Below are positions 31,120 to 47,600 of a stretch of DNA of 64,000 nt, piece by piece. A program made the translations under genes and the position numbers. A model generated the notes under the pieces. That model was not told where the DNA came from. It saw nothing but the letters and a program-made list of their open reading frames with translations, and made no database searches. Each line of letters starts with the position of its first letter. Within the stretch, counting starts at the first letter, position 1. Source of the DNA: the human T2T-CHM13v2.0 reference genome, Homo sapiens; the NCBI RefSeq assembly GCF_009914755.1, contig NC_060936.1. One strand, 5' to 3'.

Positions 31120-31811
31120 CCGGGGAGCAGCGCCTTCCACACAACCTTAGCCCTCCGTCCGGGGATCCGCCCGACAATTGCCTCGTTTCCCTTCTTTCCT
31201 AACGGACTGGGTCGGTGCGGTCTTACCCTACTCGGACACCAAGCGGCCTCTGCTCCCCAACTTCCCCGCACCCCAGCACCCCAGCTCTCTCTCGCCGGAC
31301 CGTCGCAACCCAGTTCCCTTTCCTAGCGCCCCCTTGCTCCTCAGCGATCGGGGTTCTTCCGCCTCGCGAGAAAGGGACTCTGGTAGCGGCTGTACCCGAA
31401 ACGTCACTTCCTGCGACACGCAGGAAACAAAGGCTCCCAGTTCACGCGATAATAAGACCAACTCGATACTCACTAGGATTTGTAGTCTTTCGTCTTTCTT
31501 CGGGTTTACTCTTCCGGTCCTAGGGTCACACCCACCGCAGGGTCTGGCTTGGTACAGTTGGGTGCATGCAGAAGTAGGTGGAGCTGCTGTTGCAGCCTTG
31601 AGAGAGTTTTATTGTAAAACTCTTGTAATTTATAGTAATCGGAGGGGAAAACACCTCTTCCTTTTAATTGCTCTGAGGACCGCTGCCAAAGAAACGCAGT
31701 AGATCCGCTCCCTCTTGGGGGCGGGGAGAAAGAACGGGTTGTGTCCGCCATGTTGGTGAAGTCAAGCGAAGGCGACTAGAGCTCCAGGAGGGCCAGTTCT
31801 GTGGGCTCTAG

Positions 31812-32090
<279 letters not shown>

Positions 32091-33739
32091 TAACCTGGGC
32101 AGGGAGTGGGGGTGACGGAAACTGGAGTTCCTATTGTGGCTATCGCTTGTGTGGAAGGAACAGGAGGATTCTGCTAATTCTAATAACTTTCCCAGCTGGT
32201 AGCAGGGAAGCATCGTATGTCCTTTGTGTTTCTCAAATCTGCCCAATTGTTCTCTGCTTTCGGGGAAGCTTTACTCATTTTCTAAAAGAAATCCAAGTAC
32301 TGTTTGGTCATTACCCCTTAGTAAAAAAAAGTAACAGGAGGATATCGTAATTTTCTACTGTTTTATTCCTCTGTTAGACCGGGCCTTGACATGAATGACG
32401 CCGTAAGGGAGAAAGAGATCTTCCCAATCAGCAATCACCGTAAAAGCCTGCTGTGTTCCCGTTAAAATTAGGAAATTCTCACTAGATGAATTGACATGGG
32501 AGGCATTTAGATTTCTAATAGTCACATAGTAATTCTGCGGAGGAATTGAGTCATCTTTGATAGCCATGGAATTAAGCGATGTTAATTAAAGTGCAAAAGA
32601 TAACCTTTCTGTTCTTACTAGAATAGAGTAATAAAAAGAACCTAGGTTTTCTTTTGTTTGCTGGAAGAAAAATCAAAATTCTTTAGTTCTGTCAAACCAG
32701 AACTCTTGAAAGCACTTTGAACAATGCCTGGAAAATAACAGGTACTCTGTAAATGTTTACCTTCTCTGCAAGTGCCTGCCACGTGCCCGAAGAAAAGACA
32801 CATTAAAAAGTTAAGTGACACCAGTCCTGATTTTATATATTTTATATACCTAACAACGTATATGTTAGTATGTAGAAATTATATCCTTGACCTTTTTCCC
32901 TACCTATTACGAACTGTACTTTTATTAAAAGCTGCCACTTAAAAAAAATCTTGTGATGTTTCTGTTTTTAAACTAGTTCATGCATATGTAGTGCTTTGTT
33001 CATTCATCCATCAAATATGTACGGAGTTCCTAATTACCTGACATTGTGCTAAGGATCCAGAAAGTTCTAACCCTCCTGGAATTTAGAATTTAATGGTGGA
33101 GAAAGACATAAATAATTAAGTGCCACAGAAGAAACATTCAGAGACCTAACTTAGTCTTGGAAAGTCAAAGAACACTTTTTCAAAGGATGTGACATTTCAA
33201 ATGAGACCAAAGGATGACAGATTGGGTCCTGTGTGCTACTTAAGTATTTTCTGTTTTATCCTAAGAGTACTTGAGAAACCATGGAGGGTTTAAAAAAGAA
33301 TGGCACGATTAGATTTGCATATTGAAAAGTCCTCTGGCTGCAGTGTAGAGAATCGTAGTGTTACTGAAAGTGCTGGTCAAGCATCATCGGGAATGAACTT
33401 GATGAGAAAGGAACTTATTACAGAATATTAATTTACCTATTTTTTTCCTTCACAGGGAAATCTTGCTACAATGTCAACTAAACTAAACCCTTTACTCAGT
33501 TGCTGGCACAATCAGCATTGAATTAGGGAATGTGTGAGCTGACAGAGAAAAACTAGTTAGGAAGCTGTAGTAAATAAAACAAGGAAAGTCCACCCAAATT
33601 TCTAGACTAGGGTGATATTAGAGTAGAAATGGAGAGGAGGGGACAGATTGGAGAAATGTTCAAGGAGAAACTACTGAATTTAGTAATTTGATTGGATAGA
33701 TGAGAGAGGGGAGTCCAGACACCAATAACAATGTTTAAC

Positions 33740-34052
33740 CCAGTGTGGTGGCTCACACCTGTAATCCCAGCACTTCGAGAGGCCAGGGCGGGCTGATCAC
33801 TTGAGCCCAGGAGTTTGAGACCAGCCTAGGCAACATGGTGAAACCTCGTCTCTACAAAAAAATACAAAAAAATCAGCTGGCCCTGGTGACGCATGCCTGT
33901 AGTCCCAGCTACTCCGGAGGCTGAGGTGGGAGGACTACCTGAACTGGGGAAGTTAAGGCTGCACTGAGCCATAATCATGCCACTGTACTCCAGCCTGGGC
34001 AATACAGTGAGACCCTGTCTCAAGAAAAAACAAAAAACAAAACAAAAAAAAA
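33740..34052 (+). mobile_element. AluJ
   Basis: Alu consensus match. Confidence 0.9.
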
Positions 34053-34141
34053 GAGATGGATGGTGGTACAATAACATGCATAAAATTTGCCTACTATGAA
34101 TTTAACATTTTCATGTGTAACCTCAGAAATTTAGGTCTTAA

Positions 34142-34540
<399 letters not shown>

Positions 34541-35196
34541 ATTAGTAGACTTCTGTATCTCTATGTGCAAGTTATTTTGCCTAAACTTACTGTCTCTATC
34601 TTTCTTACCTCTTAGCCAACTCAAGTCTTAAGTCTCCCCAGTAATCTTCTGAAATTGCTCTTGCTAACATGACCTTAATGTCTCTCTACATTCATTTTTC
34701 ATGGTATGTGATCATTTCCTCCATGAAATACTCTCTATGACACTAATTTTATGATTATCTTCTGACTTTTTTGGCCTGTCTTCAATCTCTTTTGCTACTC
34801 TTCTCTCTACTCCTTAAGCCAGGTCTTCACATTCGTATCAGAATAATTTCAGCTGTTCTGTGGTCTCAGCATCTACTTGTTGATGCCTCCCAAATCAGTA
34901 TCTCCAGTCCATCTCTGTCTAATGAGTTCCAGACCTATAGGCCAAGTGTCTACTCAGTATTTCTCTGGTCTCCTTTTAGTTACCCAGATTCATTATCTAT
35001 ATTAACAAACTGCCCTTCCCCAAACTTACCCCCACTTCCTGTACTCTGCTTCTCAGTAAATGAAGATCTACCCATCTGGAAACTTGGAAGTCTTCCTCCC
35101 TTGACTTCTCACCATTACCCCTTGATTAGATTATTACAGTAGGCTCTTAACTGGCTCACTGCTTCCATCCATGCACTCCTAGGCACTCTTCTGTAA

Positions 35197-35572
35197 TCAA
35201 TAGTATGTTGCTAAATATTTAATAAATGTTCTCTAGGGAGGGGGAAAAGCCCTGATTTGTAGTGTTTCCCCACCTTCTATGATGTAAATACTACTACCAA
35301 GTCTAGTTTCAAGCTATCAATATGACATCACTGATTATGGAGTTGGAAAGAGATGTGCAGTTTCACACTATTTTAGTATTTCCACCATACAGATACAACA
35401 GACAACCTTAAGAGTAAAGGTAACAGTAAAATCACTAGGAAATTTGGGGGTTTTGGTATTTATTACCTTTCATTTTAATTTATTTAATTGCAACTTTATA
35501 TTAGTTTAATTTTAATAATGGCTGTGTTTAACAACTGGCTTACAGATTTTCTGTTAACAATCAGCTCCCACA
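35197..35572 (-). mobile_element. MER63-like hAT element
   Basis: GCCCTGATTTGTAG...TATTTCCACCATACAGATACAA...TAATAATGGCTGTGTTTAACAAC matches the recalled consensus. Confidence 0.7.
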
Positions 35573-37182
35573 ATTCAGCCTTTTAATGGCTTACCATTGC
35601 CATTTTGGATAAGGTGGATAAGGTTCAAAATTACTCTTTGACTTAGAAGGCCCTCCAGCATTGTTTCATAACACTATTCTCTGTCCCCAAGATATTCTTA
35701 ACACTCTACTGTCCCACCCTAACTTCTCTAGCTGATTCCTATAATTTTTAAGGCCTCCTGACTAGACTAGCTCTTCCTGTTTTACGGTTCCACACAACCC
35801 TGTACTTATGCTTTTATAAGACTCATCGACACTTGTAGTTACTTTTATTATAATAATAAATAGCATTTATTTAATATTTAGCATGTACTGTGCACTGGGC
35901 TAAGCATTTACTGACATTTTTTCATTTAATCCTTATGACCACACTAGGTGCCATTCTTATCCCCACTTTACATATGATAAAAGGAGACCTAAAAAGGTTA
36001 ACTTGCCTAAAGTCACCCAGATATTATGCAAAGGAGCCAGGATTGGTGCCCTGGTTTGAGTCCAGAGACAGTGGCCACTCTATTCTATTGCATCCAGCTA
36101 TTTGATTCCCTACCTTCCCCATTACAGTATACGCTCATGGAAGAGAAGTCCTATGTCTATTTTGTTTCCTACTGTGTCTTCAGTGCCTAGGACAGTGCTT
36201 GGAATGTATGAGGCATTCAACTAATTATTGAAGATGCACACAGAATAGCACTGTTTAAACTACTGAGTGATTTTCCAAAACATCAAATATTTATAAGAGC
36301 CTGGTTCTATTACTGTCTAGATAAGAATATATCCTGTTACCATCATCTTAATTTTATTGTATTTATGTGAAGATTTATTATTAAATTAAGGTGAACTTAA
36401 ATTTAGCTTATGGGCTATATCTCCCACCCTTTGAATGTGCTGAGAAAAATCCAAACAACACATCCAAAACATGATCAAGGTTAGTGCTGTACAAAAACAT
36501 TACACCAAAATTAAGTATAAAATCATTGATTATTCATATTGTTCAGCACAGAAAATCTAAAGACTAGTAGTGCTGAGTTAACCCCATTAGTTCATTCATT
36601 CATTGATTCAGAAAAGTTCATTGAGTGCTTAACAGATACTATGCTAGATACTATGCTAGACCCAGGGACAAAGCAGTGAAAAACACAGCTCCTACCCTAG
36701 AGAAACTTACAGTCCAGTGGGAAAGATAGAAAAGTAAACAAAAAACTGTGCTATCAGTGCTATAGCGACATCTAACCCAGTCCTCTGATCATGGAAAACT
36801 TCCTTAATAAGATAGGATTCCTAAACAGTCTTAAGTAGAATTTGGTCAACTTAAGATTTGATTCAAGGCATTGATTTCCTAATTAAGGAGCTAGTTTTAA
36901 AAAGAGCTTTAAAAGAGAGAATTAAGGACCTGAAAAATAGTATCTGAAAGACAGTCTTATAGTGGAAGAGTCTTATACAAATAATAATACAATGATAGTA
37001 CTTATTCTGAGTCTCTATTGAGGCCCTGACAAGAAGAAATGTGTTTAAAGCCTGATTTTTAGCTTAGCCTTTAGGAAATATTTCCAAACCATCAAATACT
37101 GGGACAGAGATCTTTGAAATGAGACTAGATTGTCATTAAGAGGTGAGACTAGGCAGAGTAAATAAGTTACAGAAAATTATTC

Positions 37183-37484
<302 letters not shown>

Positions 37485-37948
37485 CTATTTTCTTGTAAAA
37501 TAGAAAAAATGCATATGTGAATTGTGGAGTGATATACAGATGTTAGTATCTTCAGATCAGGGTACGTATAGGGTTGAGGGGGATGGGGACAGAAGATGGG
37601 AGAGTGTTGACTGTAAATCCAGACATTCACTTCTTTGTGCCCCTCATTGCTGGTAGTGTTAGCCAACCTAGTATATGCGATATACCCAAAGCTGTTACCT
37701 AATGAGGCTGCATTTGGGTCTTCTGAACCACATGATCTTCTAACTTGGATTTTGTGGTTCTTTTTAAACACTAGTCATTTCATAATTAATATTTAAAGGA
37801 TAATGTAGTCAAACTAAAGAGTTTTACACAAACTTACTACATGTCAATGTTGATTCTTATATTTCCAAGTTACCAGTAGAATTCTTAGAGACAGCCCCTT
37901 ATATTTGTCTCTTCCTTAATAGGTACACACTGGATGCATATCAGTGTA

Positions 37949-40935
37949 CAGTTGACCCTTGAACAATGCAGGGTTTAGGGGTGCAGAAGCTCCCTCACCA
38001 CACAGTTGAAAATCGGAGTATGACTTTTGATTCCCCAAAAATTCAACTAATAGCCTTAACCAATAACGTAAACAATCAACACATATTTTTTATGTTATAT
38101 GTGTTCTATACAGTATTCTTAGAATAAAGTAAGCCAGAGAAAAGAAAATGTTATTAAGAAAATCCTGCCGGGCATGGTGGCTCACCCCTGTAATCCCAAC
38201 ATTTTGGGAGGCCGAAGCAGGTGGGTCACCTGAGGTCAGGAGTTCAAGACCAGCCTGGCCAACATGGTGAAACCCCGTCTCTATTAAAAATACAAAAATT
38301 AAGCGTGCGTGGTGGCAGGCGCCTGTAATCCCAGCTACTCAGGAGGCCGAGGCAGGAGAATCACTTAAACCTGGGAGGTGGAGGTTGCAGGGAGCCGAGA
38401 TGGCACCATTCACTCCAGCCTGGGCAACAAGAGCAAAACTGTCTCAAAAAAAAAAAAAAAAAAATTAAGAGAAAATATATTTACTATTGATTACGTGGAA
38501 GTGGATCACTATAAAGGTCTTCATCCTTGTCATCTTTACATTGAGTAGGCTGAGGAGGAGGAGGAAGAAGGGGGTTGGTTTTGCTGCCTCAGGCATGGCA
38601 AAGGTGAAAGAGGTGGAAGGGGAGGCAGGAAAGGCAGGCACGCTCAGTCTAACTTTATGGAAATACATCATAATTTCTGTCTTACTCTTTTTCATTTCTC
38701 TAAAAATGGTTCTATATTGCACCAATCCTTCTTCCCTGTTTGCTTTAGTTTCAGAGACCCTATTATAGAAGGGTCCATGTCATAAAAGAAGTCAAAAGCA
38801 GTCTTGAATAATCAGAACCCTTCTGCCAGATTTTCTAATGTCAATTTTTCTGGCATTGCTGCTTCTACAACTTCTTCCTCATCATCTGGCAGTGTTCAGA
38901 AGCACTCAACTCCATCAAGCTGTCTTCTGTTAATTCCTCTGGTGTGGTGTCTTAAATCAGCTCTTGAATTTCTTTAAGATCCATATCTTGAAACCTGTCA
39001 CTGCCCACCTTTTTTGCCATATCAACAATCTCATTCATGATTTCCCTTATCAGCTCTGTCACAAAGACTGTGAGGTCATGCACAACATACACACACACTT
39101 TTCTTTAGCAGGAATTTATTGTTTTGGGCTTGGTTTCTTTCACCACTTTTTCTGTAACAATTTTCAATGGTGCAGTCCTTGTATACTTTCATGATGTTTT
39201 CTATCTTTGTTGGGGTTTTCTTCCATAGCGTTGGCAATCCTTTCCATAGAGTACCATGTGTAATGATCCTTAAAACTTCTGACCCTCTGATCTAGAAGTT
39301 GAATTAAAGACATTGAGTTTGAGGACAAATAGACCACTTTGACACATTCTGTGTTGGACTGGATCTTGGTGGCCAGGGGCATTGTCCAAAATGGAAAGAA
39401 CTTTGAAAGGCAGTACCTTACTGGCAGCGTACTTCCTAAATTCAATGGAACCAATCCAGAAAAAGGGTTCTCATTGTCCCAGCCTTCTCATTTTACAACA
39501 AAAAGACTGGCAGCTGGTGTTTATCTTTCCTTTTCAAGGCTCAGGGTTTAGCAGGTTTGTAGATAAGGGCAGAACTGATATAAACCCAACTGCATTTGTA
39601 CAAAACAGTGTTAGCCTATCCCTTCTTGCCTTAAGTCTTGATGTTTGCTTCTCTTCCTTACTAATACATATCCTTTGTGGCATTTTTTTCAAGAAAGGGC
39701 ACTTTTGCCTGCATCAGAAACCTGTTCAGACAGCCTTTCTCTTGAATGATCTTAATGGCATCTGGGAACATCTGCAGCCTCTTGGTCAGCAGAAGCTGTT
39801 TCTCTGTTATCTTGACATTTTTTAAGCCAAACCTCTTTCTAAAATTATCAAACATCCTCTGATGGCATTAAATTTGCAGCTTCAGATCATTCACCTTCCT
39901 TTTGTTTTATCATATAACAACCTCACCTTTTCTCCAGAGTTCTGTATAAACTCTAATATGATTTTTCTAAAAAATTTTCTTTCTAAAAAAAAACTACCTC
40001 TAGTCCTGGAATACAGGTATGGCTTTCTTACAGCAATTGTGTACTCACATAAAAGCTGCATTTCCAATACAGAATAGAAAGATATTTCACAAAAAGTGCA
40101 AGGTTTTTGTACCTGCTGGCACAGCTGTAGCAACAGCTTGATGATTTTTTTTTTTTACAGTGGTCCTGGATTTATTTATTTTGAAATGGCAGGCAACAAC
40201 AGCTGCAGACCTAAATCTATGTGGCATATATATATATATATCTCAAGCAATTCAACTTTTTCTTGTATTGTCATGACTCTGCTTCTTAGAGCACATCCAT
40301 CATCACTAATGGCACTTCATATGGGTATCATGGTATTATTTAAGGTTTATGGTATTGCACTAAATACAATGAAAAATATGCGAGAACTGCGAGAGATCAC
40401 TTTCTGCCATGATACACAACTTACTGGAGAGACGAATTGCTTAGACAGAGATAATTAGCATCACATGGCACTTTAAGTGGGTACTCACAGCAGTTATTGA
40501 GCTCACTACAATAGAAGATGGCTATGAAATTATTACAGTAGTACAGTATGTACTACAGTTGGTTTTATGCAGTTATTATTATACTGCATCTTTGCATTTG
40601 TTTACATTCTTCTGGACTGAATGATGCCATGTATGGTCTCTGTAAATTTTGATAATTTTAACTTTTAAAAATCTGTTTATATTTCATGGTAGTAAATGAC
40701 AAAATAGACTAGTATGTGTATATTTCATGGTAGTAAATGATAAAATAGACTGGTATCTACATATATTTTATGTATTAATGACATACCTTTTTCTTAATTT
40801 TTTTGATGTTTCCAGGCTACATGGTTTGTCTGCAAGTTTTTTCCAATTGTTTCAAATTCAAATATATTTATTGAAAAAAATACACATATAATTGGACCTG
40901 TGTAGTTCAAACCTATGTTGTTAAAGGGTCAACTG
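37949..40935 (-). mobile_element. Full-length Tigger2 (pogo-like) DNA transposon with decayed transposase, in THAP2 intron 1
   Basis: TA|CAGTTGACCCTTGAACAA ... TTGTTAAAGGGTCAACTG|TA TIRs and TA TSD; ~2.69 kb excluding the nested Alu; minus-strand peptides FDNFRKRFGLKNVKIT and LIQLLDQRVRSFKDHY. Confidence 0.9.
38166..38464 (+). mobile_element. AluS nested in Tigger2
   Basis: Alu consensus match. Confidence 0.92.
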
Positions 40936-41649
40936 TACTTTATATTTGAAATATGAAAGGAAAAACATTGCTACAAAGCATTTTACCTTTTTGTAAGTTT
41001 ACTTTCTGCTGCACTACATAATTAAAGAGTTGACTTTTTAAAAGTATTTGCTGTTTACATACAGTATATTATTACTCTGTATTTGTATTAATTTAGCAAA
41101 TTTTGTTGAATCCCTACTGTTTGCAAAGCATTGTGCTAAGTGTCAAAGATAAATACATAACAAGATATAATGATCCCTGTCCTCAAGAAATTTATAATCT
41201 TTATGTCACTGGAAATTAAAATGGAAAAATTACAAAACAAGGTGGTAAGTGTCTTAATGATGGGACATAGAGGAAAGAGTACCAGAATCTGCCTAGGCTT
41301 TCCTTGACAAAATTTAATCTTTAGATATCTGATTTTTCTTGACTACATATATCAGCAGCAGATTAAAGCGTGGTGAAATTACTCCCGCTTATAATTGTTC
41401 TACTTAAACTTGATCTAAATCAGTTTAGTCATGTTTTATTTACTGCCCAGATTAAGGGCTAATTGGGAAGAAATGTCTCTTTTTAAAAGCCCTGAAAAAT
41501 AAACGACTCAAGTCAGTTTTTGACTAAGTTTTTCAAACTTATAAAACATTACCATGAATTGGTTTCTGTTCCAGTGTCTGGATATTGTTAGTTTAAAATT
41601 TTTTAGGTAAATGGGACACACTTTTAATCATCTTCGAAATTTCTTTTAA

Positions 41650-41976
<327 letters not shown>

Positions 41977-44182
41977 TAACTGAAATTCATTTATAGTGAT
42001 ATGCCTCAAAAAAGTTGCAGACCTTCCTCTTGTACAGTAAAGGTACAGGCTAGAATCAGAGTTTGGGTCTCCTGACTCCAATATTCTTTCCCCAATCCAA
42101 ATTGTTTTACTATATTGGAATTTTACATTATTACCCATTATTATTAATAATTGCACCATTGGTAAAACTGAAAAATCATATGAGTAATGAAACCTCCAGC
42201 ATCACTGTGCTCTGATTTTAAAATGACATACAAATAACATGTGCAAAGTACTTTAAGAGCACACAGCCAGAATTAAACCAAAGAATGTAAGTTCAGAGGG
42301 AGGCAGGCATGACAGAAATCTTCAGAGAGCTTGGGCATTCAGGGTGGGCTTTTGAAGCCTTGGGAGTTTAAAATAGAGGAAAGGGAACTTGGCTTTGCAC
42401 AGAATAATTACAGTTGCATAATGAGAACAAAAACGAGTGGGTTGAGGCGTGAGTAGGAAATGTTAGCAAGTGATATTTAAAGGAAAGAATGAAGAAAAAA
42501 TGAAGCAAAAAAAAGTAAATTAAAAAAAACGAAAGAATAAAGGTATAAGATGAATGAATTAAAACAATGTTTTATCTAGTTAGGGAAGATCTGACCAGAG
42601 AGGAAAACCTAGCTGGGAAAGACAGGGTCACCAAGAGTAAGAAAGGGTAAAATGAACACAAATAGTTTAGCTTTGAAAGGGAGGACAAACATGTTTTCCT
42701 CTGAGGAAAAACTACTGTTTCTCTTGTTTGTAACTGTTAAACTTTTAAATGTATATGAGTTATTATCTGAATGGAGACGAGGTTGTGGTAAGCTAATTAC
42801 CACTGATGTTAGAAAAGCTCCAGGAGGACAAGAACTTAGTCTTTTTCACACGTGAATCCTCAGCACCTCAAACAGTGCCTGGGACATAGTATATACTCAA
42901 ATACTTACTGAATTTGAAATACACCTTATTTTTGACATTTTGATAATTTATTTATTTAATAAATACAACTAAACTTTCCATTATGCCAGAATCTAAGCTC
43001 AGTGCTAGAGATACAAAGATCAAAAAAGAGTTCCTGTCAATTCCCTAGGCAGAGGGACTAACTGTAGGTTTCATGAGGATAGGAACCACATCATCTTATT
43101 TGTTCAGTGTTGTGTCCCCAGGAATGCATAGTATGTGTTTCAATAAATGTTTAATGAATTAAAGACACAGACTTATGAGGATATGATATAATCTGGAAAC
43201 TCCCAGTGGCTTAGTATTGCTGGAGTATAAATCAAGATGGTAAATTGCAGAATGGGGTGAGATCCTAAATTGTATAGTATGCCATCTAAAGATTTATTTT
43301 TCCTTTAGATAATAGATAGGCAAAGAATAATTTGGCCAGAATGGAAAAGTCAAATATTCTAGAAAAATTATTCTTATGGCAGAATGTGGATTAATGAGGA
43401 TCAAAATGAAGTGGAGAGATCAATAAAGAATAATATAGTCAGAACAGATATGATACGGGCCCAGTGTAAGTAGTGACATTAAGAATGACAGTGTTCAGCC
43501 TTATTGTGGAACAGAGAAAGGAAAAAAAAGAATGACGGAGAGGAGAGGATTCATGGTAGGAATATTTAGTGGGTAGAATTAATAGGACTTGATGACCATT
43601 TGAATGAAAGAGATAAAAGCAAAAAAAGTCTCCTGATTTTGGCAAATGTTCCTAGCCAGATTTTAAATCCTTGAAGATATAACCATCAAAAATTAATAGG
43701 TAAATCTGTTTAGAAGCTTGGTACTTAAGAATACATTTCTACAGATCCTTCAGTTTTCATTAAATAGGACCCTGGGTCTAAAATATTTATCAAATTGAGA
43801 AAAGGGTATTTAATTAAAAGGGGATCAAATTAATATCATAAATAATATCTACATATATTGTAAATTGACCTTAGTAAATTGCAAAGGATCTTTAAAGTCT
43901 CTATAGAGTCATAGTCAATAATTTGGAAGAAACCTTGGACGTCCATTGTCTATTTCCAAATCAGTGTTTGAATCTCTCTGGATATGGGACAAAAAGAAAT
44001 AGGTGACTAGAGTTAATTCAACCAGTTAAAAAACTTAATCTTGGATTACATGAGATGGCTGCTGCTGTTTCCTATTAAAGTTTTAAAATTGACTTTTAAA
44101 AGAGCAGTTTAAATACTGTTATCCAAAACTGGACACTATGTGCTTATTTGTGATATTTCATAATTTATGTTCAACCCTCTAA

Positions 44183-44617
<435 letters not shown>

Positions 44618-47600
44618 ATTTAGCTTGCACAGAGCTTGATGCCTATCCTTCATTCTTTTCAGAAGTAAAGATAATTATGGCACTTATGCCAAAATTCATT
44701 ATTTAATAAAGTTTTACTTGAAGTAACATTACTGAATTTGTGAAGACTTGATTACAAAAGAATAAAAAACTTCATATGGAAATTTTATTTGAAAATGAGT
44801 GGAAGTGCCTTACATTAGAATTACGGACTTAAAAATTTTGCTAATAAATTGTGTGTTTGAAAGGTGTTTTTTGTTTTTGTCTTTTTAAACTACTGTTAAA
44901 AGAACAGCTTATGATAAGTAATATGTTTAACTTAGAGAAGAATTTTTTCCTGTACCAAAGTTGGCATATTGCATTCTAAATAAGATGCTAAATAAGAGTT
45001 AACCAACATTCAACATGACCTTAAAACTGCTGGGTTTTGTATTAATTAAATTATAATTGGCACTGTGATTTGAAAAATTTATAGAAAAAAAGGTACAGGG
45101 CAAGTTTTTAAATTAAAACTTTCTATATTTTGTTTTACCAGTAAAAGTGAGCTTATCATGGCCTCTCTCATAAGAATGATTTTAAAATAGGTTGTAAAAT
45201 ATTTTGAAAATATTTGAATGTGAAGTACCATTGAGTCATCCAAACTAGGTAAGGCCTCAAGTACTTTAAACTAGTAAAATCTAGTAGCTGATAATATTCA
45301 CCTAAGTAAGTGTTGTAAAATAATTCAGAGTTCAGGACCTAGCTTAGATAAATGTATACTACTCTTTTTCTCATAATAAAAATCTTACATTTCCAACTTC
45401 AAAATTGGTGCTTCCATATTTGTTGATAACCAAAACTCCTAAGGTTTTTTGTTTTCTTTTTAACTACTTTCCAAATGCATACTATACCTCAGAAATAGTG
45501 TATCAATATAGTGGGCTTTTTTTTTCCTCTTCATAAACCCACAGTAAAATTTAATCACAGGAAACTACTTATATCTTCACACTTTGTATTGATAACTTAA
45601 AATGGCATCAGTTTATCTTAGACATCAGCTTGCTTTTTATCTCCTTTTTTAGTGAGTGAAATAGAGCAACTAGCATGCCTGTGTTCCCAGCTACTTGGGA
45701 GGCTAAGGTGGGAAGATCAATTGAACCTAGGAGGTTGAGGCTATAGTGAGCTGTGATTGCACGACTGCACTCCAGCCTGGGCAATGGAGTGAGACTCCTG
45801 TCTCTAAAACAGCAACAACAAAAATAAAGCAACCATAGTGCATAAGGGAAATTAAATGTTCCCTATAGAAATATGTGTATGTCTGTGATAGTGGTATGCA
45901 AATGCTAATTATTTTATAAAATAAAAGTTCAGAACTATTCTTATCATTGCCACTTGAACAATTAAAGGGTTTGCTTTATTTCACTAATGTTTAATAGGAA
46001 CCCTTTGCTTCAAACAGCTTTGTTGAAATCATGTAAAAATTTGTTAATAGAGAATCAAGTTATTTAACTCAACTTATTTAATTCAAGCTTGTGATACTAA
46101 CATACAAAGGTAGCATAAACCAAGTCATAAATTGCTGTAATCTTTCCTGTAAAGTAATAGCTACTTCATGATTTTTTTAAAAATTTCATTTTTTTGCTAT
46201 TTAGGATTGCATTTGCTTGGCTCCTAGTAACAATTCTTTTACAGTATTAGCACTCTCTTTACTAAGGAATGCCTCCCAAGGAAATGCAAAGGTAGGAAAA
46301 GTCTCTTAGAATGCCCATGAGGTATTTAAAACAGATATTTATGAAAATCTTTTTGTGAATGTTATAAATCTTGCTAGTTATTTTATCTTTATCTTAAGTA
46401 TTAGATGTAGTTCCTTGGAATTGTCATTACATATTTATTTTTTTCTAGTATGGTTTCAAATAACTTTTTGCCAACATATAATCATCATCAAACATTCACT
46501 GACCATATCTATTTTATAACTCAAAATAAGTTGGACAAATAATCATTTTAATAAAAACTATTTTTTCCAAGTATAACCACTGTCATGTGGTTCACCCTTC
46601 ACCCCAGATACAAAACACTTATTTGTGTAGCCCAGTTCCCATCTACAGTAATACCTTGAAACCTTAATAAATTTTAAAAATCATAAAAATAAAATATTGT
46701 AAAATACAACAAATTTTGGACAAGGTTACTTCATCTTCATTCATTATTACCTGACAGTATTAAACTACTACTCAATAATTTTAGAGTAAACTTTTCTGTG
46801 TTTTCTCCGTGATTTTCATTGTGCTGTCCTGACAACATGCTCCAAACTCTTTGCATCAAATTGTTTTATTAACATACATTTGTCTACCTTAAAACTAGCT
46901 TTATTCACAGAGAAAAACCTAAAAGGAGTCTATTAAAATGCTGCTTTCAGTTTGATAGTTTTTTTTTTAATCACTCTGACCATAAACTAACTGAAATTAT
47001 AATGGATTTTTTTTCCTCTCCCGGTCACAACACAGATCTTCTGTTCATTTGTTCTCTGTCTACTGGGCACCAACCTCTACAAAGAACCAGCCAAAGGCTA
47101 GGTACTTGATATAAAAAGGAATATTACATTATTTTCTGCCCTCAAGTTGCTCTATCTCCTGAAAGAAACAAGTAATATTTATAATACAATATGATAAATG
47201 CTACAAAAGAAATAGCTGTAAAGTCCTTTGGTAAATGCTGTTGAATTGGAATTCAGTAAGAACTATAAACTGTAGACCTTTTTATAATCAAATGCTTTTG
47301 TCTTGAAACAAAACAGATTCCTCCTTATATTGACTTAGCAAAGGAGGTACAAGGACATTGGCATTTGACCTGAATTATGGTGTTTTATTGAATGAGCTAT
47401 AAGACAACATTTTTACCCTTTAAAATGAACACTGAACAAATGTGTTAATGGTATCTTTGTTAAAAGGAAAACATAGCTATAAATAAAATACTACATCGAA
47501 ATCCAGCACTGGAGTTCATTTGAAATTTGATATTTTGTGTAAAATAACAAACCTATTAACACAGATTTTTAAAATAACTCAGAATCGTATAAAGCACTTT

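Noticed and set aside
31120-31140. 7-aa N-terminal extension of ZFC3H1 from an upstream GTG
   Set aside because: Poor initiation context (T at -3); the known protein starts MATADT.
31178-31702. 174-aa ORF and other ORFs in the bidirectional promoter
   Set aside because: TTG/GTG starts, CpG-island stop-codon depletion, no domain similarity.
39164-40133. Transposase-like ORFs as a domesticated TIGD-type gene
   Set aside because: Fragmented across frames by stops and frameshifts; an ordinary decayed Tigger2.
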